Below the pieces are notes generated by a model. It worked only from the letters and a program-made list of their open reading frames with translations, made no database searches and was not told where the DNA came from. DNA of 58,216 nucleotides. Source: a virus. Taxonomy: Duplodnaviria > Caudoviricetes. Positions 54,987 to 58,216 of this stretch are shown one piece after another (the first letter of the stretch is position 1; every line of letters begins with the position of its first letter). The stretch spans positions 1 to 58,216 of IMG/VR virus record IMGVR_UViG_3300043411_002890; one strand, 5' to 3'. The position numbers and the translations under genes are program-made.

Positions 54987-55604
54987 CTAAAATATCTCTA
55001 CTACAGCGAATTGATTTAGTATTTCTTTTGTAAGAGAAGAAATGTTTTTATTTGGTCTTCTATCAACAACCAAATTATTTAAAGTTTCGAGACCAATGTC
55101 TTTTAAAGACAGCGGATAAATAAATCCTCCATCTTCTATCTGAAGATATGTTTCATAGTTAACAAAACTATCAAATTCTTCTTGTGAAAGGGAAGGGGGA
55201 TATATTTTCACGTTTACAGAATTATCTCCCCTTATTTCTGTTTCTTGTGAAACTTTTACGAGTTGTGTTACTAAACATGCAGTTCTAATATCTGTTGTCG
55301 TTAATACTTTATGTAGTATAGTGTATTCAATACAAATTTCTCCACAAAAATCAGTCTTTTCTTGTGAGGTAAAAACAAGTGCTGTACAACTTTCAAGACT
55401 TAAAACAACAACGCTTGAATCGCTAAAAACCAAATTTAGTTTTAAGCCTGAAAGATTTTCATATATTGTGTTTATTCGTTGTTTTAGATATTTTTCATAT
55501 ATTTCTTTTGCTAAAAGGTCTTTTGCTTTTGAAATTGTTAATTCAGAATTCATCACTTTAGCTTTAACTAAAAGGTTGAACGATGTTCTTAAAATTTTCT
55601 TCAA
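54987..55604 (-). CDS. Hypothetical protein, paralog family C
   Basis: SVVVLSLE...ICIEYTILH. Confidence 0.65.
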   Translation of the reverse strand: MKKILRTSFNLLVKAKVMNSELTISKAKDLLAKEIYEKYLKQRINTIYENLSGLKLNLVFSDSSVVVLSLESCTALVFTSQEKTDFCGEICIEYTILHKVLTTTDIRTACLVTQLVKVSQETEIRGDNSVNVKIYPPSLSQEEFDSFVNYETYLQIEDGGFIYPLSLKDIGLETLNNLVVDRRPNKNISSLTKEILNQFAVVEIF

Positions 55605-56034
55605 TTAATTGTAAGAGTTGTTTTATCTTTTGTGATGTTCCATAATAAGAGAAAGAATTGAAATTAAAACCATAAACATATTTCTCATCTGAGTTTTTAT
55701 GACTATCAATATAAATCACATAAGCAGACCTGGAAGAAATATCTGTTTTGGAAAGAAATTTTAATTCTATATAAATTGCGGTTCTATTTTTTAGTGGCCC
55801 TTTTGGTTTTATTGCCGCTGAATCTATAATTCTAAGTTCTAGTGAAAGAAAAATTAGGTCATGTAATTTTGTTGTAAAAAAACCATCGTTTAAAGATAAA
55901 CCGAAAACTGGCTGAATTGAATTTTCTTTCAATAAAGAAGATATAAGATCTTCCTGGGAAGATCTTATAAGATCAAAGCGATCACAAATCGCTTTTTTAA
56001 TTTCATCATTTGTTTCTGTTATTGGTTTTGGCAT
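55564..56034 (-). CDS. Hypothetical protein, paralog family C
   Basis: LIFLSLE...IYIELKFLS. Confidence 0.7.
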   Translation of the reverse strand: MPKPITETNDEIKKAICDRFDLIRSSQEDLISSLLKENSIQPVFGLSLNDGFFTTKLHDLIFLSLELRIIDSAAIKPKGPLKNRTAIYIELKFLSKTDISSRSAYVIYIDSHKNSDEKYVYGFNFNSFSYYGTSQKIKQLLQLIEENFKNIVQPFS

Positions 56035-56462
56035 TAGAATTTTTGACCTTCAATATTGAAAGGTTTCACAATATATTTTTTGAAGTCATAATGATCAATT
56101 ATATCATCAGTAAATGGAAAAGTATGATCAAAACTTAAATTACTGCCACCAAATCCATTTCCAGGAAAATTAAGCCATAGATTTGGTTTTGAGTGGCCTT
56201 TCATTTCAAGAATACAAAAAATTACTTGTATTAACTCTGCTTCAATTAAAACATCAATTGTTTTAATCCAAACAAATGTTTCGTCTGTTGGTTTCCATTC
56301 TGATGGATCAGATAAAACAACAAAAGATTTACCTTCATAAAGTATTTCCTCACCTTGAAGTTTTTGGATATAGCCATTTATTAAAGTTTCAATTTCTTTT
56401 GAAAATTCTACTTTATAAATTTTTTTGACTATTGATTCAAAATCATCCTGGCTTAAACCCAT
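56034..56462 (-). CDS. Hypothetical protein, probable family C
   Basis: SFVVLSDP...LIEAELI. Confidence 0.7.
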   Translation of the reverse strand: MGLSQDDFESIVKKIYKVEFSKEIETLINGYIQKLQGEEILYEGKSFVVLSDPSEWKPTDETFVWIKTIDVLIEAELIQVIFCILEMKGHSKPNLWLNFPGNGFGGSNLSFDHTFPFTDDIIDHYDFKKYIVKPFNIEGQKF

Positions 56463-56486
56463 TAATTTAATTTCTTATAAATTTAA

Positions 56487-56807
56487 CTATAAAACCAAAC
56501 AGTTTATTCTTGGTCTAGTCAAAGTTATATCATTAAATCTTTCTGTAAAACAGGAATCTACTAGGACAAGCTCACCAGACTTAGAAAAATAATAGTCTAA
56601 AAATACTGACCATTTCACAATAGCTGTGGATGAAAGCAGCTTGTACGAAATTTCAATATTTTTATGATCCAAATAAAATGTAATATCTGCGACTTCAGAA
56701 AGTAAAATATATTTATCTTGATAAGACGAAGCCCAAGCCTTAACTTCTTTCAAGAAGTTTTTAAACCCATTTGATGATAATATTGTTTCTTCTATTGATT
56801 TCTGCAT
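56487..56807 (-). CDS. Hypothetical protein, paralog family C
   Basis: YILLSE...IEISYKLLSS. Confidence 0.65.
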   Translation of the reverse strand: MQKSIEETILSSNGFKNFLKEVKAWASSYQDKYILLSEVADITFYLDHKNIEISYKLLSSTAIVKWSVFLDYYFSKSGELVLVDSCFTERFNDITLTRPRINCLVL

Positions 56808-57175
56808 GCAAGCCTTTGTGAGAACCTAAAATAGTCTTTGCAGATATTCAACAAATCATTTCCAATACACAACCTTGTACAGTTTGTAACTCGTATTTTT
56901 GAATACCAAGCAGATTTTGAGATAGAAAAGAAAACATGCCTTATTAATTTGATCTGATTAGCAGTTAAAAGTTTTAATTCAATAACAGCGTTTACACTGT
57001 TGTTTGAAATTTCATATCTAATTTCAGGGTCTTCTAAAATTATATATTCATAATAATGATTATGATAATTATTAATAATATATTCTGTATTGTTTTTTAG
57101 ATATTCTTCAAATACTGTTTCATGGTTTTTTAGATATTCTTTTATCTGGAGAAGTTTCTTTTCTGATGGTAACAC
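56792..57175 (-). CDS. Hypothetical protein, paralog family C
   Basis: YIILEDP...AVIELKLLTA. Confidence 0.65.
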   Translation of the reverse strand: MLPSEKKLLQIKEYLKNHETVFEEYLKNNTEYIINNYHNHYYEYIILEDPEIRYEISNNSVNAVIELKLLTANQIKLIRHVFFSISKSAWYSKIRVTNCTRLCIGNDLLNICKDYFRFSQRLACRNQ

Positions 57176-57257
57176 TTGAAATTTTTTTCTATCCTTCTTT
57201 AAGGAAGCTTGCTAGGTCATTAACTAATTCGATATCCGTTTTCTTTAACCAATTTAT

Positions 57258-58216
57258 TTCTTGTGAGCAGAAAACTCACAGGCTCGTCCTGTGAGATGAA
57301 TGCGAATAATTTAGCAAATTCAAACTTATACTATACTTATTAAGTAGTATAGAAATGCCCCTGCAAAATAAGACATACCAATTTAGGATCTATCCAAATG
57401 CAGAACAGCAACAGTTGCTCTCGAAAATGTTTGGATGCTCTCGTTTTGTTTGGAATTACTTTCTTAATAAAGAAAAAGAATATTTTCTCAATAACCAAGA
57501 AAAAGCTGAAGAAGAAAGAACAAAAAACTACCTTTCCTACTTCGATAATGCAAAAGCTTTAACACTGTTAAAACAAGAGCCAGAAACAAAGTTTCTAAAA
57601 GATGCAAACTCGCAAAGTTTGCAGGTGACACTCAAAAACTTAGATGTTGCTTATAAAAGATTCTTCAAAAAACAAAGTGGTTTTCCAAGGTTCAAAAAAA
57701 AACTTGGAAAACAATCTTTCTCCGTTCCTCAAAGCCTCTCAATTGAAAATGGAATGCTCCATATTCCTAAGTTTAAAACGGGAATCAAGATTAAACAACA
57801 CAGACCAATCAAAGGCAAGATCACAACTTCAACCATTACTAAAACATCAACCAATAAGTATTTTGTTTCTATTTCTGTAGAAGAAAATATCGAGCATTTG
57901 CCCAAAATGGCAAATTCGGTTGGAGTTGACCTTGGAATCAAGAGCTTCGCTTTTTTGTCCAATGGAGAAGAAGTAGCAAACCCAAAATACCTTGAAAAGC
58001 AAACAAAGCAACTAAAAAGGCAACAGCAGCATCTTTCAAGGAAAGAAAAAGGATCAAACAGCAGAAGTAAACAAAAGCTAAAAGTAGCTAAAATTCACGA
58101 AAGGATTACCAATCTCCGAAGAGATTTTCAACATAAGCTTTCATCGAAACTAATTCACGAAAACCAAGTGATTTGTATTGAGGATTTAAGCGTTAAAAAC
58201 ATGTTGAAAAACCATA
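57258..58216 (+). mobile_element. IS200/IS605-family element (tnpB directly after the left end), truncated by the right edge
   Basis: TTAT target, left-end hairpin CTCACAGG-ctcgt-CCTGTGAG, then tnpB; no tnpA in the window. Confidence 0.9.
57355..58216 (+). CDS. tnpB: RNA-guided endonuclease TnpB (partial)
   Basis: Not in the ORF track. My translation: MPLQNKTYQFRIYPN.EQ...FGCSRFVWN...SLQ..L.NL..AY.RFF....GFPRFKKK...VGVDLGIK...PKYL...KVAKIH..I.N.R.DF.HKLS..LI.ENQVICIEDL.VKNM. Confidence 0.95.
   Translation, partial: MPLQNKTYQFRIYPNAEQQQLLSKMFGCSRFVWNYFLNKEKEYFLNNQEKAEEERTKNYLSYFDNAKALTLLKQEPETKFLKDANSQSLQVTLKNLDVAYKRFFKKQSGFPRFKKKLGKQSFSVPQSLSIENGMLHIPKFKTGIKIKQHRPIKGKITTSTITKTSTNKYFVSISVEENIEHLPKMANSVGVDLGIKSFAFLSNGEEVANPKYLEKQTKQLKRQQQHLSRKEKGSNSRSKQKLKVAKIHERITNLRRDFQHKLSSKLIHENQVICIEDLSVKNMLKNH

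Noticed and set aside
57644-57962. Track ORFs 57644-57880 (+) and 57729-57962 (-)
   Set aside because: Shadows of the tnpB frame starting at 57355

Overview
AT-rich, gene-dense segment of a large (jumbo-type) dsDNA bacteriophage genome, read in the standard code and mostly on the minus strand. It holds the replication, recombination and nucleotide-metabolism module (DnaE, DnaB-like helicase, 5'-3' exonuclease, RecA, SSB, minimal PolA, primase-polymerase, NrdA/NrdB, ThyA, DHFR, dUTPase, GuaB/GuaC-like). It also has glycosyltransferases, three virion/tail-fibre-like genes, PhoH, a degenerate GroEL-like protein and two peptidoglycan hydrolases. Highlights: (1) dnaE is broken into at least five separate ORFs that must be joined by four different split inteins plus one cis mini-intein. 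One extein is only 6 aa (SLPDID, carrying a catalytic Asp), the first piece lies 11.3 kb from the second, and putative homing endonuclease genes sit between two of the intein pairs. (2) Nine inteins in total. (3) A TnpB (IS200/IS605-family) element with two non-autonomous derivatives, a 199-bp 'left end + omegaRNA scaffold' cassette and a 46-bp palindromic stub, all next to TTAT. (4) A six-gene tandem array whose proteins differ by whole 23-aa HREDGPA repeats, plus two further divergent paralog families. (5) Two candidate promoter classes: sigma70-like promoters with very GC-rich spacers, and a TANTTA motif. No tRNA, rRNA or CRISPR array was recognised. All product calls come from motif recognition by eye, not database searches.
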